Shown: positions 1 to 11,635 of the stretch, piece after piece | Numbering within the stretch: position 1 is the stretch's first letter | Layout: each line of letters starts with the position of its first letter | DNA from: Perkinsela sp. CCAP 1560/9 | Lineage: Eukaryota > Protista > Euglenozoa: Kinetoplastea | Length of the DNA: 64,000 bases | Direction of reading: 5' to 3' | Assembly (NCBI GenBank): GCA_965644495.1 | Contig: CBFFSA010000001.1 | Span: 2,046,001-2,110,000 of the forward strand | The notes under the pieces: model-generated | What the model was told of the DNA's origin: nothing | The model's input: the letters and a program-made list of their open reading frames with translations, nothing else | Database searches by the model: none | Made by a program: the position numbers and the translations under genes

Positions 1-32
1 TGACAAAAACTGCATGCGGTGTTTTACGCCCG

Positions 33-1973
33 ATGCTCTGCAAACGAATGGAAATGAAATTACTAAGTGTCAATGATCTTGTTTTTTCGGCAGAAGTATC
101 TCTTTCATGCGAAGCCTTCTATGCCAATTCTCTTGCTCGGCGCATTATAGAGTATCTTGTTGAACATCGAGGACACCAACTTACTTTGTCTCATTTCGCG
201 TCTATTTTAAGCGTATACAGGAAAACGAATCTAGAACGCGAAGAATCTCCTTCAAATGTTGGAACACTTCCAAATCGTTTCGTCCATTTGCTAAGTAGGT
301 CTCTGAAGACAGAAAAGGCAGTTTGCGCACTGGATTACTGCAAACTTCTTATTAACGCAACTGCCTTTCCTGAATTGTCCGAAAATTTAAGCGAAGGTCC
401 CGCTATGCAGCTTTTGTGTCGTTATTGTGTTGACGGAATAAATGAAATGAGCAATATAGACATATGGGTCGAGTTTTTATTAACCGCAGTACCACGTTTT
501 CCTTATTTATACGTCAGCTCTGAAATTGGAAATGCCATGATACGAAATTTTCCTAACCTAAAAATTTCTGAGCTTTCACTCGCCCAAGCAACAAATATCT
601 TAGAAGGTATTCTGCGTTTAGAATGGGACGAAAAGACACCCGCAAATAGTCGATCAATGCAAATCTTGAAAGCTTTTGTTCAAGATGTTCGTGACGCAAG
701 TGAAAATGGGATTGTCATGAATTCGAAAAGTGGAAAGAAGGAAGACAAACGAAAAACATCTCGTCGTGACAAGACTACTCTTTCCGAATCTCGTTTTACT
801 GCTATCACTTTAGCTTTTGGGGTTCGAGTGTTTGCCGCCCCGGATGAAGTTCTCTGCAATGAGTTGTTTGATTTTTTAATCAACCGTAATATTGAGGAAC
901 TAAGTGCCTTCGAATTCATTACCTTATTTAGGGAAGCTCGACGCTTTCCTCTTTTTTCTCAAACCCGCATGGTGAGGTTATTTGACAATCTCTTAGGCGC
1001 TCGTTTTTATAGGTTACAGAAAGAAAAAATGGACGTACACTCTTTGCTACTTCTTATTGAACTTGCAGGTTTGTACAAGACAGTTAATCTAGCTGTTATC
1101 AGATGTGCAGCAATCCATTTTCAGAAACTTATCCCTACTATGAGTCCAACTATTCTTTTACGTGGAGGAACGTCACTTCTGCGGTTTCGTGTGAACGTTC
1201 CGGAGCTATGGGCCGATTTCTCAAGGCGGCTTTGGGATTTCGTTTTGCACCCAGACACCGAAGGGGGTGGATGGGCCTTCGATACGTTTACTTTGGCTTC
1301 CGCAAGTAGACTTGGAGTTGAATTACATGAAATGCAGCTAGGGGTGGCGAACAGGCAAGCACTTTCCCTCTTAGAGGAAGCCTATTATTCACGTTTCTCG
1401 ACACTCACTCTTGAAGGAATGCCACAAGCGTGGGACACACTTCGATATGGACAGCTTGGTACAGTAAAACGGCAACAAGCCGGTGTGCAGCTTTTGGCCA
1501 CATTGCACAATCATTTAGGGATTCCTTGGAGGGAAAGCGTGAGGTCGTCTCTATCCAGAACATCGACTCACGCAGAGCTTCCAATTGCGTCTTCTTCCGA
1601 ATCGCACGATAAATATAAATTTTCTTTGGATGCGGATACAGATATTCTTTTATGTTTGCGGATTATTCATGGAATTGTGGGCTGCTCTAAGCTTCTTGAG
1701 TCATCACACGTAAAGGACTCCATTTTGCATCTTCTTAAAAACAATGTACAACCAAAGCTGAAGCTCGTTCTTGCTCCTCTTTTTGTCACACTCATGCGCG
1801 ATGTACAATTTCTAGAAAAAGTGGAAGAGACCTTTCCTTATTTAGAAGACTTTCAGGACAACTCTCTTCGATTATGGGAACGCTTGTCTCCTCCAAGTAG
1901 GAAAGACGTCATTCGAGGCCTGTTGGTTCTCGGCGCTTCAAGCACTGAACTTGCCTCCAGATTCCAGAGTTGA
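33..1973 (+). CDS. hypothetical protein (646 aa, helical/Leu-rich)
   Basis: Long uninterrupted ORF on the coding strand; no motif recognised; may begin upstream of the window. Confidence 0.7.
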   Translation: MLCKRMEMKLLSVNDLVFSAEVSLSCEAFYANSLARRIIEYLVEHRGHQLTLSHFASILSVYRKTNLEREESPSNVGTLPNRFVHLLSRSLKTEKAVCALDYCKLLINATAFPELSENLSEGPAMQLLCRYCVDGINEMSNIDIWVEFLLTAVPRFPYLYVSSEIGNAMIRNFPNLKISELSLAQATNILEGILRLEWDEKTPANSRSMQILKAFVQDVRDASENGIVMNSKSGKKEDKRKTSRRDKTTLSESRFTAITLAFGVRVFAAPDEVLCNELFDFLINRNIEELSAFEFITLFREARRFPLFSQTRMVRLFDNLLGARFYRLQKEKMDVHSLLLLIELAGLYKTVNLAVIRCAAIHFQKLIPTMSPTILLRGGTSLLRFRVNVPELWADFSRRLWDFVLHPDTEGGGWAFDTFTLASASRLGVELHEMQLGVANRQALSLLEEAYYSRFSTLTLEGMPQAWDTLRYGQLGTVKRQQAGVQLLATLHNHLGIPWRESVRSSLSRTSTHAELPIASSSESHDKYKFSLDADTDILLCLRIIHGIVGCSKLLESSHVKDSILHLLKNNVQPKLKLVLAPLFVTLMRDVQFLEKVEETFPYLEDFQDNSLRLWERLSPPSRKDVIRGLLVLGASSTELASRFQS

Positions 1974-2200
1974 AGGATTGTGTTCCATTCTCTTCGTTTT
2001 CATGATTCATTTGTTGTCTTGTCGCTTTCATCATCACATTTTCTATACTTCAGTTGCCTAGACTACCAATTCTGAAACAATTGTTTTGTACTCTTATTTG
2101 TTTTGGGTGAGATATCGATTGCCATATCACAAACTGAACATGTATTCTTTACATTCTTTATATCCAGAGAAATTGTTGCACTACTTTTTCATATAAAAAA

Positions 2201-2605
2201 ATGGTAAAGCCTACCGTACGACAGACCGTGGTAAAGAAGCGCAATAAGAAATTCTTCCGCGCACACGCCGATCGCTTCAACCGTCTTGCCAAGACCGGCT
2301 GGCGCCGCCCTCGAGGTATTGACTCCAACGTCCGTCGTCACTTCAAAGGGGTCCCGCTGACCCCTCGGATTGGGTACGGCAGTGCGAAGGCCACCCGACA
2401 CGTGTGCCCGGATGGATTTCGCCGGTTTGTGATTCGCAACGTAGGGGAGCTGAACATGTTGACGATGCAGAATCGAAAATACTCGTGTGAGGTAGCGGCA
2501 TGCATTGGGGCAAAGAAGCGCAAACAGATTGTGCAGCGCGCGAAAGAGTTGGATATTAAAGTAACCCGACCGAAGGCTCGTCTGAGAGAGGAGGAGAAGA
2601 ACTAA
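2201..2605 (+). CDS. RPL32: 60S ribosomal protein L32 (eL32)
   Basis: VKKRNKKFFRAHADRF...WRRPRGIDSNVRRHFKG...IGYGS eL32 signature. Confidence 0.97.
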   Translation: MVKPTVRQTVVKKRNKKFFRAHADRFNRLAKTGWRRPRGIDSNVRRHFKGVPLTPRIGYGSAKATRHVCPDGFRRFVIRNVGELNMLTMQNRKYSCEVAACIGAKKRKQIVQRAKELDIKVTRPKARLREEEKN

Positions 2606-2863
2606 GGCAAGGGAGTGTTGTAAAACGAAAGAAGCTAAGGAAAATCTCATGTATGCTACGTGATACAAGGGAAATTTAAAAAACAGATTTGAAGTCGATA
2701 AGTAACAATACATGTACGTTTTGTAAATTATTCGTTGTTCCATTTCTTTGCGTGGTTTCCTTTCTTTAAGTAGTAAAAAAATCCCCTTTATCTCATCTTT
2801 CACACCTTATTTCCCTTCATAAAATTATATTTCCTTTCTCTCCCCTCCCCTCCTCCTCCTCTT

Positions 2864-4204
2864 ATGTCCACCGCTAAACTCGTCGACCTTGAAGACTTCG
2901 AGGACGACCAGCAGATCGTCCCCCCCTCCCTCCCCCTCTCCTCCGACGGCCCCTCCGTCCCTGCCCCCTCCTACGCCGTCGCGCTCGGCGGGTTCAAGGA
3001 CTTTTGTTTAAAGCCCGAACTCACCCGGGCCATCGCCGAGAACGGTTTCGAGCACCCCAGTGAGGTCCAGCACAAGGCCTTGCCTCAGGCTCTCCTCGGG
3101 AATGACATTTTAGCCCAGGCGAAATCCGGGATGGGCAAAACCGCAGTGTTTGTATTTGCGCTGTTAGAACACATTGAAAAGCCCCCGGCGGATTCCGACA
3201 AGTACGTGCAAGCCCTGGTGCTGGTCCACACCCGGGAGTTGGCGTACCAAATCGATCATGAGTTTACGCGGTTTAACCGAGCCCTGCCGCACTGTACCAC
3301 CTGTGTGGTGTTTGGGGGGGTACCGGAGGAGGAGAACGCGAAGCTGTTTAAGGACAAGAAGAAGACCCCGTTGATTGTGGTCGGGACTCCGGGACGGACC
3401 CTGGCGCTCGCGACGAGGCTGAAAGTGATGGATTTGAATCATGTGAAGTATTTTGTGTTGGATGAGTTTGATCGGTGTTTGGAGGATCTTTCGATGCGTG
3501 CGGATGTGCAGGCGATTTTTATGAAGACTCCAAAGACGAAACAGGTGATGATGTTCTCGGCGACAATGTCGGAGGAGATGCGTAACCTCGCAAAAAAGTT
3601 TATGAACAACCCGTTGGAGATTTATGTCGATCAGCAGAGTAAACTCACGTTGCATGGTTTGCTGCAGTATTATGTGAGTTTGGAGGAGAAGGTCAAGGCA
3701 CGGAAGCTTCTGGATATTCTCGATGCCGTCGACTTCCATCAGTGTATTATCTTTGTCAACAGCGTGATGCGCTGCGAGGCTCTAAGCACGCTGTTGAAAA
3801 AATGCGCTTTTCCCTGTGTCGCGGTGCACGGCCAAATGGAGCAAAGCGAGCGATTGAAGACTTACGATCAGTGTAAGGCGCAGAGCTCTAAAATTGTCGT
3901 CGCAACGGATCTGTTCGGCCGTGGAATTGATATTAATCGGGTGAACTTGGTGATTCAATATGACATGGCGCACGATGCGGATACATATCTGCACCGCGTG
4001 GGGCGTGCCGGTCGGTTTGGGAACAAGGGTTTGACGATTTGTTTCATTACTGACACAATGCACCGCACGAAGGTGGACTCCGGGGAGTGGAAGTCTGTGG
4101 AGGATAAGGATGTGTTGAAGGATGTACAGTCCCGGTTTGAGATTCAGATGGCGGAGCTTACCGATCTCGCGACCTTGGACAAAGGGAAGTACATGTTGTC
4201 TTAG
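2864..4204 (+). CDS. SUB2: DEAD-box RNA helicase SUB2/UAP56
   Basis: GFKDFCLKPEL, GFEHPSEVQ, QAKSGMGKTAVF, HTRELAYQI, DEFD, KQVMMFSAT, KLTLHGLLQYY, YLHRVGRAGRFG. Confidence 0.93.
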   Translation: MSTAKLVDLEDFEDDQQIVPPSLPLSSDGPSVPAPSYAVALGGFKDFCLKPELTRAIAENGFEHPSEVQHKALPQALLGNDILAQAKSGMGKTAVFVFALLEHIEKPPADSDKYVQALVLVHTRELAYQIDHEFTRFNRALPHCTTCVVFGGVPEEENAKLFKDKKKTPLIVVGTPGRTLALATRLKVMDLNHVKYFVLDEFDRCLEDLSMRADVQAIFMKTPKTKQVMMFSATMSEEMRNLAKKFMNNPLEIYVDQQSKLTLHGLLQYYVSLEEKVKARKLLDILDAVDFHQCIIFVNSVMRCEALSTLLKKCAFPCVAVHGQMEQSERLKTYDQCKAQSSKIVVATDLFGRGIDINRVNLVIQYDMAHDADTYLHRVGRAGRFGNKGLTICFITDTMHRTKVDSGEWKSVEDKDVLKDVQSRFEIQMAELTDLATLDKGKYMLS

Positions 4205-4605
4205 TTAAAGCAAAAAGCGGGTCTGCGGTATTTTTAAAAGTGGGTCTTTAATTTGCATATGAGTTGTAAGGTCAAATTAGGAACGATAGAAAAGCTTTAG
4301 CCATACGATTTCAAGCCACACGGTGTTCAAATTTTACAACGTAAAATCTACATCACTTCGAAAACATTGGCTGTCTCATTTTTTTATGTCTTTGATTTTG
4401 AAAAAGATTATTCACTCAAATCAAATCAAGGTTGGATAGCCGTTAGTAGAGGAATCTTGATTGTATTAAAAGTGGAAAGCATCTTCATACACTGAACTTT
4501 GTTTTCGCTAGTTGTAACTGCTTGAAACAAAATCATATGCACTAATTTTGTTTTTCAAACCTATCCTATATTTTTTCTAGAACGCCTATCGTTTCGCAAA
4601 CACCA

Positions 4606-5058
4606 ATGAAACACGAACAACTTGGACCCCTGAAGCCGAACACACAACTCCTAACCATATCTGCAACCCAGTTAAAACAGCGAGCTGCCGAACTTGAACG
4701 AAAATATGGCACCAATAAAGAAACATTTTCGGCCTGTACCCCTTTTCGCCTACGAGTCTACGCCGCCTGCACGTACATCCCCCGCGGTAAGGTCTCCACG
4801 TATGCCAGTCTGGCAACTCTTCTCGGGGTCGCCAACGGGTCGCGTGCGGTCGGTCAAGCATTGCGTCATAACCCCTTTGCCCCTTTTGTGCCTTGCCACC
4901 GTGTGGTGAACAGTACCGGAGCCCTCCATGGGTTTGGCGGCCAAACAACCCAAGAGGCATTGTTGCGTAAAATGAAGCTGCTGCAAAACGAGGGGGTGGT
5001 ATTTGATGCAGCAGGAAAGAAGCGTGTACATCCCACATCGCGAGTTACTTTTGTGTAG
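4606..5058 (+). CDS. MGMT: methylated-DNA--protein-cysteine methyltransferase
   Basis: IPRGKVSTY, RAVGQALRHNP and active-site PCHRVV. Confidence 0.92.
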   Translation: MKHEQLGPLKPNTQLLTISATQLKQRAAELERKYGTNKETFSACTPFRLRVYAACTYIPRGKVSTYASLATLLGVANGSRAVGQALRHNPFAPFVPCHRVVNSTGALHGFGGQTTQEALLRKMKLLQNEGVVFDAAGKKRVHPTSRVTFV

Positions 5059-5146
5059 AGGAGAATAGAATTTTCATATGTACTCGGAAAGGAGCTAGCA
5101 ACGGCTTTGTGAAATAGTTCATGTAACAGCAAGGCCGAACAATATC

Positions 5147-5845
5147 ATGGCGAGTACTTCAGAATTCAGATTTATAAAATGTTTTTTGCATCAAATATTC
5201 ATATGCATTGAATTTTTCATAACCTGTTTTGGGCCATACAGGTCTGTGCATGTCAGGACCCAGATCTATGGATGCAATCGCATATTTCTCGAAGTTCTCG
5301 CTCCGTATCCTTTGTAGCTTGAATTCACATACATGCACTGCAGCTTTGTTCGGGTGCAGCACCCGAAGTTGTTATTTCCCGGGGCGCCTGGGCACCGGTC
5401 CCCTCGGACGCGGAAATCGCCTCTGGTAGTTCCGGCGAACCCGCGCTCTCCGACGCTTTTTGCGACGCTTGAGGGTGCCCCGCCCGCTATCCAACAGTTT
5501 TGAAAATTTGAAAATACTACAGGGTCATGGCGTCTGCATGAGCGTACTTCTCGTCTGCCGGTGCGTTGCGAGCTGTCTCGATACGTCCATATTCCCGGCC
5601 AAACTTGTAGTTGAAACGCAGGTAGTGGGGGTTCTCCAATGCCGGCTCGATAGCTCCCATGGCGAAGGATCGTTCCGCACGCGTGTGTTCTGCACAATTT
5701 TCCAAATGACGCGTACTCGTGTCCAGACAAAGTCCCTGCAAAAGTGGCGATGCTCCCACTCGCGCGGCTTAAACAAATGTTTTTGAGGAAAATTGTGTGC
5801 ACTCGGATCGGAACCTCCAGCCTCCGGCGCCGCGGTACTCGCCAT
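5147..5845 (-). pseudogene. possible degraded antisense coding/mobile-element remnant
   Basis: Protein-like minus-strand ORF pieces in different frames (5525-5845, 5517-5759, 5159-5362), bracketed by an 11-bp inverted repeat ATGGCGAGTAC (5147-5157 / 5835-5845). Confidence 0.25.
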
Positions 5846-6273
5846 TCGCTCGATGGTACTTTCTAGAGAGCTTCTCTCAGACTCTGGAGAGAAACACTAC
5901 CGGAAGATTCAACATCATCGACAATTGTTTCGCACTCAGAAGCAGAATCCCATGTTGCCATGTAATCTTCTATATTAGAGCGGTGTCTTTTCACTCCTAG
6001 AAAGATTTGATTCATCGGGAAAAAGTCACTATTCATACCGCCTACATTTTCCTCAACAAAAAATCTCCTCAAATATTTGTGCAACAAAAATTTGTGAAAT
6101 TTTTACGTGCAACAATTTCATAAGTTGCACAATAAAAAAATGACAAATTTTTGCGAACGCTGTATAAATAATTAATGTATAATCAAAGGGTGGTATGTTG
6201 TTCGTTTCCGGGCGTTCGTTTCCCCAAGGTCCTTAATAGGTGCAGTGTGCAGCGGGGTTTCCTGGAGACTGGA

Positions 6274-6562
6274 TACACCCCCTTTCATTAATAATGATAA
6301 TTGAAAAACGATTTTCACCTCGGATTGTGAAAATTACTCAAAAATTATCAAAACCAATTATATCGTAACTCCTCCGTGTCAGCTCGAGGTTTTTTCCGCT
6401 ATCTCTTTAATCTTGACTTGCTTTTTCCCTTCGTAGACAAAGTATCATACTACAGAGATGTACATTTGTTTCTGATATCCCCTTATTACCTTCATAAATA
6501 ATGATAATGATAATCTCAGAAAAATCATTATTATCATTATCATTATTATGAGAGGGGGTGTA
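6274..6562. mobile_element. MITE, Tc1/mariner-like (TA target duplication)
   Basis: TA|CACCCCCTTTCATTAATAATGATAA at left and TTATCATTATTATGAGAGGGGGTG|TA at right: ~25-bp imperfect TIRs; non-coding interior. Confidence 0.7.
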
Positions 6563-6943
6563 GTTTGAGCTGGATAGACCTTTGTACCATGCGCTGATTA
6601 TAATTATTAAAGAGAGGGGGGATGAATAGACTAAGACATAGTGTGTAGAACAGACCTCTAGTCTTACATAAACTTCTTTACATAAACTACTTTATATGTA
6701 TGTATCTTTCTGTAAGCTTTTTTCATGAAATATTTACTCAGATCATAGGGAATATCTTTCTGTGCGATATATGGCGGCAATAGGTAAAAATTATCGCATA
6801 TTATTCACCAGGGTGTGAACAAGTGTCATTGAACAATAAAAAAAGTGGCTAATAAATGTCGGGAGTTTTATTTTGATTCAAGTTAGCTGTAGAACTTCCG
6901 TTACACCTTAAACAAATACCCATAATATAGTTTTCATCAGTAC

Positions 6944-7768
6944 ATGTTAAGCGCAGTCGCACCGGATATTGCACCGACACGGCGTGGTCGTGTACGTGCA
7001 GTTACACTGACGCCTGAAGCGGAATTAACTCGTTTCATTAAAAACATTTCAACAATTGATCCCGAGTGGAAATGGAATTCATTTACTCCCATTGAATCTT
7101 GGAAAGGTGTGACACACAACGGGAGTTGTATTTCCTGGGCAAAAATGTCTCTGCGCGGCACTCTTCAATGGTCATTTTTCCCGCAGATTGTGGAAAAGTG
7201 TGAGGTACTTCTGAATTTTCTAGAAGGACAAATCGATATCACTGAACTAAATTCGGTTATTACGGTATTGAATCTGGGTCAAAATTGCTTTTCTGGTCCC
7301 GTAGATCTTACCCAATTGCCCCTATCACTTGGAAGACTCTGGCTCACAGAAAATTTTCTTTCTGGGAAAGTCGATTTGACTGCTTTAGCCCCGCAGCTAC
7401 AGCGCTTGAGTTTGTCTACAAATAAACTGGAGGGGGAAATCAGTCTCGCCGAGCTTCCAAGTAGCTTACTTTCCCTTCGACTTGATAAAAACATGTTTAC
7501 AGGTAGGTTGGACTTAGCCCATCTACCACTGTTTTTGAATTCTCTAGACGTTTCTGAAAATCAATTCGATGGAGAAATATCTTTGGATTTTCTGCCTCCT
7601 GGGCTGCGTCTATTGGATTTGAGGTCCAACAGTCTTTCAGGAATAGTAGATGTTACCTCACTGACAAACAAGAGTGGCTACCAGGGGCAACGCATTGATT
7701 TACGGGACAATAATTTTTCTGATATTCTACCTTCCAAAGAGTATTTACCACGTTCCATAAAAATATAG
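6944..7768 (+). CDS. leucine-rich repeat protein
   Basis: LxxLxLxxNxFxGxxDLxxLP repeats after a WKGV cap. Confidence 0.9.
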   Translation: MLSAVAPDIAPTRRGRVRAVTLTPEAELTRFIKNISTIDPEWKWNSFTPIESWKGVTHNGSCISWAKMSLRGTLQWSFFPQIVEKCEVLLNFLEGQIDITELNSVITVLNLGQNCFSGPVDLTQLPLSLGRLWLTENFLSGKVDLTALAPQLQRLSLSTNKLEGEISLAELPSSLLSLRLDKNMFTGRLDLAHLPLFLNSLDVSENQFDGEISLDFLPPGLRLLDLRSNSLSGIVDVTSLTNKSGYQGQRIDLRDNNFSDILPSKEYLPRSIKI

Positions 7769-8134
7769 ATCAGGCTTGTTCTTTACTACACGTGTTATAA
7801 ACTTTATAACGATTATCTTGTGCATTCTTATTTGCTTGTTATTTAGTTTGCTTTTTGTTTAACGGCAATTTTTTGCAAACCAACTTTGAACTTTATACAT
7901 GTATGCTCGGTAATTTTATGTGCTTGGTTCATTTGCTAGGTCCTTCGCATACAAGACTCCTACAATTTCTTGTTTTCGCAGAGTATATAAATTAGTCAAT
8001 AGAATTTACAGTAGTGGTCAAGAACACTTGATATTTCGAAGTGACGGAGTTGTTGCTGTATTCGACATCGTTAATTTTTTCTAATCCTATTTTACCCCTA
8101 AAAGTGTGAATCTCTTACTCTGCTTCTTTTTGTT

Positions 8135-9061
8135 ATGACTTCTGTGCCTATGACACGAGCAGCTGGTCCCAAAGAAGTGAGCGAGAAATATCAAACCATG
8201 GACGTCCTTGGAGAAGGTACTTATGGTGTTGTTTATCGAGCAATGGATCGCCGAACATCGGAAATTGTGGCCCTAAAAAAGATTCGCCTTGATCACGGCG
8301 ATGAGGGGATACCGCAAACTGCCTTGCGTGAGGTAAGCATTCTTCAAGAACTGCACCATCCCAATGTAGTGAATCTGAAGGATGTCATTTGTGTGCAGGA
8401 CTCTAAGCTGTACCTTGTTTTTGAATACGTTCAGCAAGACTTAAAGCAAGCGCTTGAGAAGAGACTATCTACCCTCTCCCCACTTCTTCTTAAGCAATTG
8501 CTGTGGCAAATGCTTCAAGGTATATATTTTTGCCATTCCCACCGCATCATTCACCGAGACTTGAAGCCGGCAAATATTCTTATTAATGCAGAGAATTTCT
8601 TAAAAATCGCCGATTTTGGGTTGGCTCGTGCTTTTCACGTTCCGTCGAATACTTTTACGCACGAAGTTGTGACATTGTGGTACAGAGCACCAGAAATATT
8701 GTTAGGCATAAAGCACTACTGCTCTGCTGTAGACATCTGGTCTGTGGGATGTATTTTTGCCGAACTTGCACGTCATAAGGTGCTTTTCAGGGGTGACAGT
8801 GAGGTGGGACAACTTTTTGAGATGTTTCAGGTACTAGGTACACCTACCGAAGAAGAGTGGATTGGGGTATCATCTCTTCCCGACTTCAAAGATATTTTTC
8901 CCAAGTGGGCCAGAACTCCACTGGAGAAGTTAGTACCTTCTTTAGAGCCTGCAGGTGTCGATCTTCTCTCCAAAATGCTTCTGTATGAGCCTTCTTCACG
9001 CATAAGTGCTAAAATGGCACTACAGCACTCGTATTTTGATGAAGTGCGGGTTGAATCATAA
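8135..9061 (+). CDS. CRK3: cdc2-related kinase 3 (CDK1 homolog)
   Basis: [17 protein letters not shown] (kinetoplastid CRK3 variant of PSTAIRE), [27 protein letters not shown]. Confidence 0.92.
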   Translation: MTSVPMTRAAGPKEVSEKYQTMDVLGEGTYGVVYRAMDRRTSEIVALKKIRLDHGDEGIPQTALREVSILQELHHPNVVNLKDVICVQDSKLYLVFEYVQQDLKQALEKRLSTLSPLLLKQLLWQMLQGIYFCHSHRIIHRDLKPANILINAENFLKIADFGLARAFHVPSNTFTHEVVTLWYRAPEILLGIKHYCSAVDIWSVGCIFAELARHKVLFRGDSEVGQLFEMFQVLGTPTEEEWIGVSSLPDFKDIFPKWARTPLEKLVPSLEPAGVDLLSKMLLYEPSSRISAKMALQHSYFDEVRVES

Positions 9062-9448
9062 AATATTGGGTATGTATTCGTCTGTACATTTGAACTCACT
9101 CACGTGCTAAGGTAGAAAGTATGTGATATACTTTAATATGAATGCAAACGGTTTGAGTACAACTTTTTGTAAAAGACCATTAGTTTTCCAACAGGTTCGG
9201 TGTGGCGTTTTCTACTAGTAGTTTTGTCAATACTGTTTACTTATAGTTTCAAGTTTTAATGCGTGTAAAAATCTAAGACTAATATTTTTGAACGTTGTCT
9301 TTTAAACTTCCGTTCCATACTTTTGATGTCGCTATTTCGCAAAAAAACGACACTGTGATACTAAAGTGTTATATAGTTGATGGATGTTCTCTTTTCTGAT
9401 CTTGACACTTTATTTGTTCCTACCACTCAGTTTTAACAACTGCTTTGA

Positions 9449-11635
9449 ATGAAAACATTCAAGGTGGCTGCGACTCCGACTGATGCGATGACCCTTACCA
9501 ACATTGTCTACGTTCCCCCTGGCGTCATTTCTGGTTTGAAAAGCCCCATGATCGAGGTATCTGGCTATGTGTTTCGTATTGCAGAAGACGCTCTAGTATC
9601 TCCCGGCCACGTAGCGTTTAACGCGCGACAACGAAATACCGCAAAACTCTCCACGGCAGGCGATTCCATTTCCCTCACCCCGTTTGATTCCTCACGTCTC
9701 TCACGCCTTAGTTTGGTGAAACTCGAGCTTGAGCTCTCGACGCGCCCGACCAGTATGACATCTCGTTTTGTGGTCGATGCCACGGCATTAACAAACACAC
9801 TGCATGAGCTACTTACCGGTCACCCCCTTACGGTGGGCCAGTGTCTTGTCACGGCCTTTGAGAATCGAAAGCTTGTGGCCACAGTTCGCTCATTGGAAGG
9901 AGAGAAATCTTCTACTGAATTCGCGGAAAGGCCCACACAGGGACTTGTGAAATCCGACACGGTTTTGCTGCTGACTCGAAATCAAAATCACCCAATCGCT
10001 CTGGAGAATTTCCCACAGGGATTGGAGCCGGAGAATGCCTCGGGACTTTTTCCAGATGGGTTCAGTTTTGATAAAACGGAAATCGGGGGGCTTGCGCATG
10101 AGTTGGAAGAGATTTTTCGACGCGCATTCGAGTCCCGTCTCTATCCACAGACTGTCATACGAAAGTTAAAGACTCGCCACGTGAAGGGGTTGCTGCTACA
10201 CGGTCCCCCAGGGACTGGAAAAACTTTGATCGCTCGTCGACTGGCCTCCATGCTCGGTTGTACTAATCTTACTATCGTAAATGGTCCTGAACTGTTTGAC
10301 AAATACGTCGGACAAACTGAATCGAACATCCGTTCGTTATTTTCTGCCGCGGAAGCGGAGCAAAAACAGCACGGCGAGGACTCCTCGCTCCATATTATTG
10401 TGTTTGACGAATTCGATGCTATGGTCAAAACCCGTGGTTCAACCAGAGATGGCACTGGCGTACATGACAGTGCGGTCAACCAGCTGCTGTCCAAAATTGA
10501 TGGCCCCGAAGAACTTAACAACGTTCTTCTTATTGCAATGACAAATCGTAAAGACTTAATTGATGAAGCGATTTTACGTCCCGGACGATTTGAAGTTCAT
10601 ATTGAGATTGGCATTCCAGACGAGTCCGGACGTCTGGAAATTTTTCAAATTAAGACCAAGAGCATGGCTCGGAATGGGGTATTGCACTCGGATGTAGATC
10701 TTTCCTATCTTGCTAGCATCACAAAGAATTATACAGGGGCTGAAATCGAGGGTATCGTCAATAATGCTGCCTCCTTTGCCACGCACAGACACGTTGACAT
10801 GGCTAATCCAACAAAATTCAAAAATCCTGATGACCTTCGTGTGACACAACGTGACTTTGAAAATGCCATTGAAACGTACATACCTGCTCTAGGCGTGGCC
10901 GTAAATGAGTTGGATAATATCATTCGTCACGGGTTTTTAGACTACGGTGTACGATGGGAACGATTACTGGAGTCCTGCATGTCATACGTACGGACATTAG
11001 AGCATGCCACTCGCTTACATTCTCTTTCAATACTCCTCGAGGGAGAAAATGGGACTGGAAAATCTTCTCTCGCAGCGTACATCTCAAAGCTCTCTCATTT
11101 TCCTTGTATCAAGTTACTATCACCTATAAACTTTGTGGGATACAGTGAGCTAGCCAAGTGCAACGCTATTCGACAAACTTTTGAAGATGCGGATCGTTCC
11201 CCATTGAGCGTCATTATATTGGACGACCTGGAAAGAATCATTGAATTTGTGCCTGTCGGAATGCGATTCTCTCATGCTGTGCTACAAACCCTTCTTGTTC
11301 TCCTGAAGCGCTCCCCTTCAAAGGATCACAAGCTCCTAATTATTGGTACCACTTCACACCGTGACTTACTGCATCAACTGGAACTTGCTCAAAGTTTTGA
11401 TGCCACATGCGATGTAGAGCCACTACAAAAAGAAGAAGTGAAAACCTTATGGTCTCAGCTCAATGTGCGATTCTTGTCCCAAGCAGAAAGAGAGCACGCG
11501 GAGCAACTCCTGCCCGCAGAAATTCCTCTCAAAAAACTTTTGCTACTTGTCGAACGAGCGCGCTCCTTAGTAAAAGATGGCACATCAGACACTCTTCTAT
11601 TGAAAGCCGAAAATTTCGCGGCCGCGCTGAGGTGA
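9449..11635 (+). CDS. NSF: vesicle-fusing ATPase NSF/Sec18
   Basis: IGGL..E...IFRRAFESR, GPPGTGKTLIAR, IVNGPE, LHIIVFDEFDA, NQLLSKIDG, RPGRFEV; second AAA domain GENGTGKS. Confidence 0.95.
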   Translation: MKTFKVAATPTDAMTLTNIVYVPPGVISGLKSPMIEVSGYVFRIAEDALVSPGHVAFNARQRNTAKLSTAGDSISLTPFDSSRLSRLSLVKLELELSTRPTSMTSRFVVDATALTNTLHELLTGHPLTVGQCLVTAFENRKLVATVRSLEGEKSSTEFAERPTQGLVKSDTVLLLTRNQNHPIALENFPQGLEPENASGLFPDGFSFDKTEIGGLAHELEEIFRRAFESRLYPQTVIRKLKTRHVKGLLLHGPPGTGKTLIARRLASMLGCTNLTIVNGPELFDKYVGQTESNIRSLFSAAEAEQKQHGEDSSLHIIVFDEFDAMVKTRGSTRDGTGVHDSAVNQLLSKIDGPEELNNVLLIAMTNRKDLIDEAILRPGRFEVHIEIGIPDESGRLEIFQIKTKSMARNGVLHSDVDLSYLASITKNYTGAEIEGIVNNAASFATHRHVDMANPTKFKNPDDLRVTQRDFENAIETYIPALGVAVNELDNIIRHGFLDYGVRWERLLESCMSYVRTLEHATRLHSLSILLEGENGTGKSSLAAYISKLSHFPCIKLLSPINFVGYSELAKCNAIRQTFEDADRSPLSVIILDDLERIIEFVPVGMRFSHAVLQTLLVLLKRSPSKDHKLLIIGTTSHRDLLHQLELAQSFDATCDVEPLQKEEVKTLWSQLNVRFLSQAEREHAEQLLPAEIPLKKLLLLVERARSLVKDGTSDTLLLKAENFAAALR

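Noticed and set aside
2189-2803. 204-aa minus-strand ORF
   Set aside because: Antisense shadow of RPL32.
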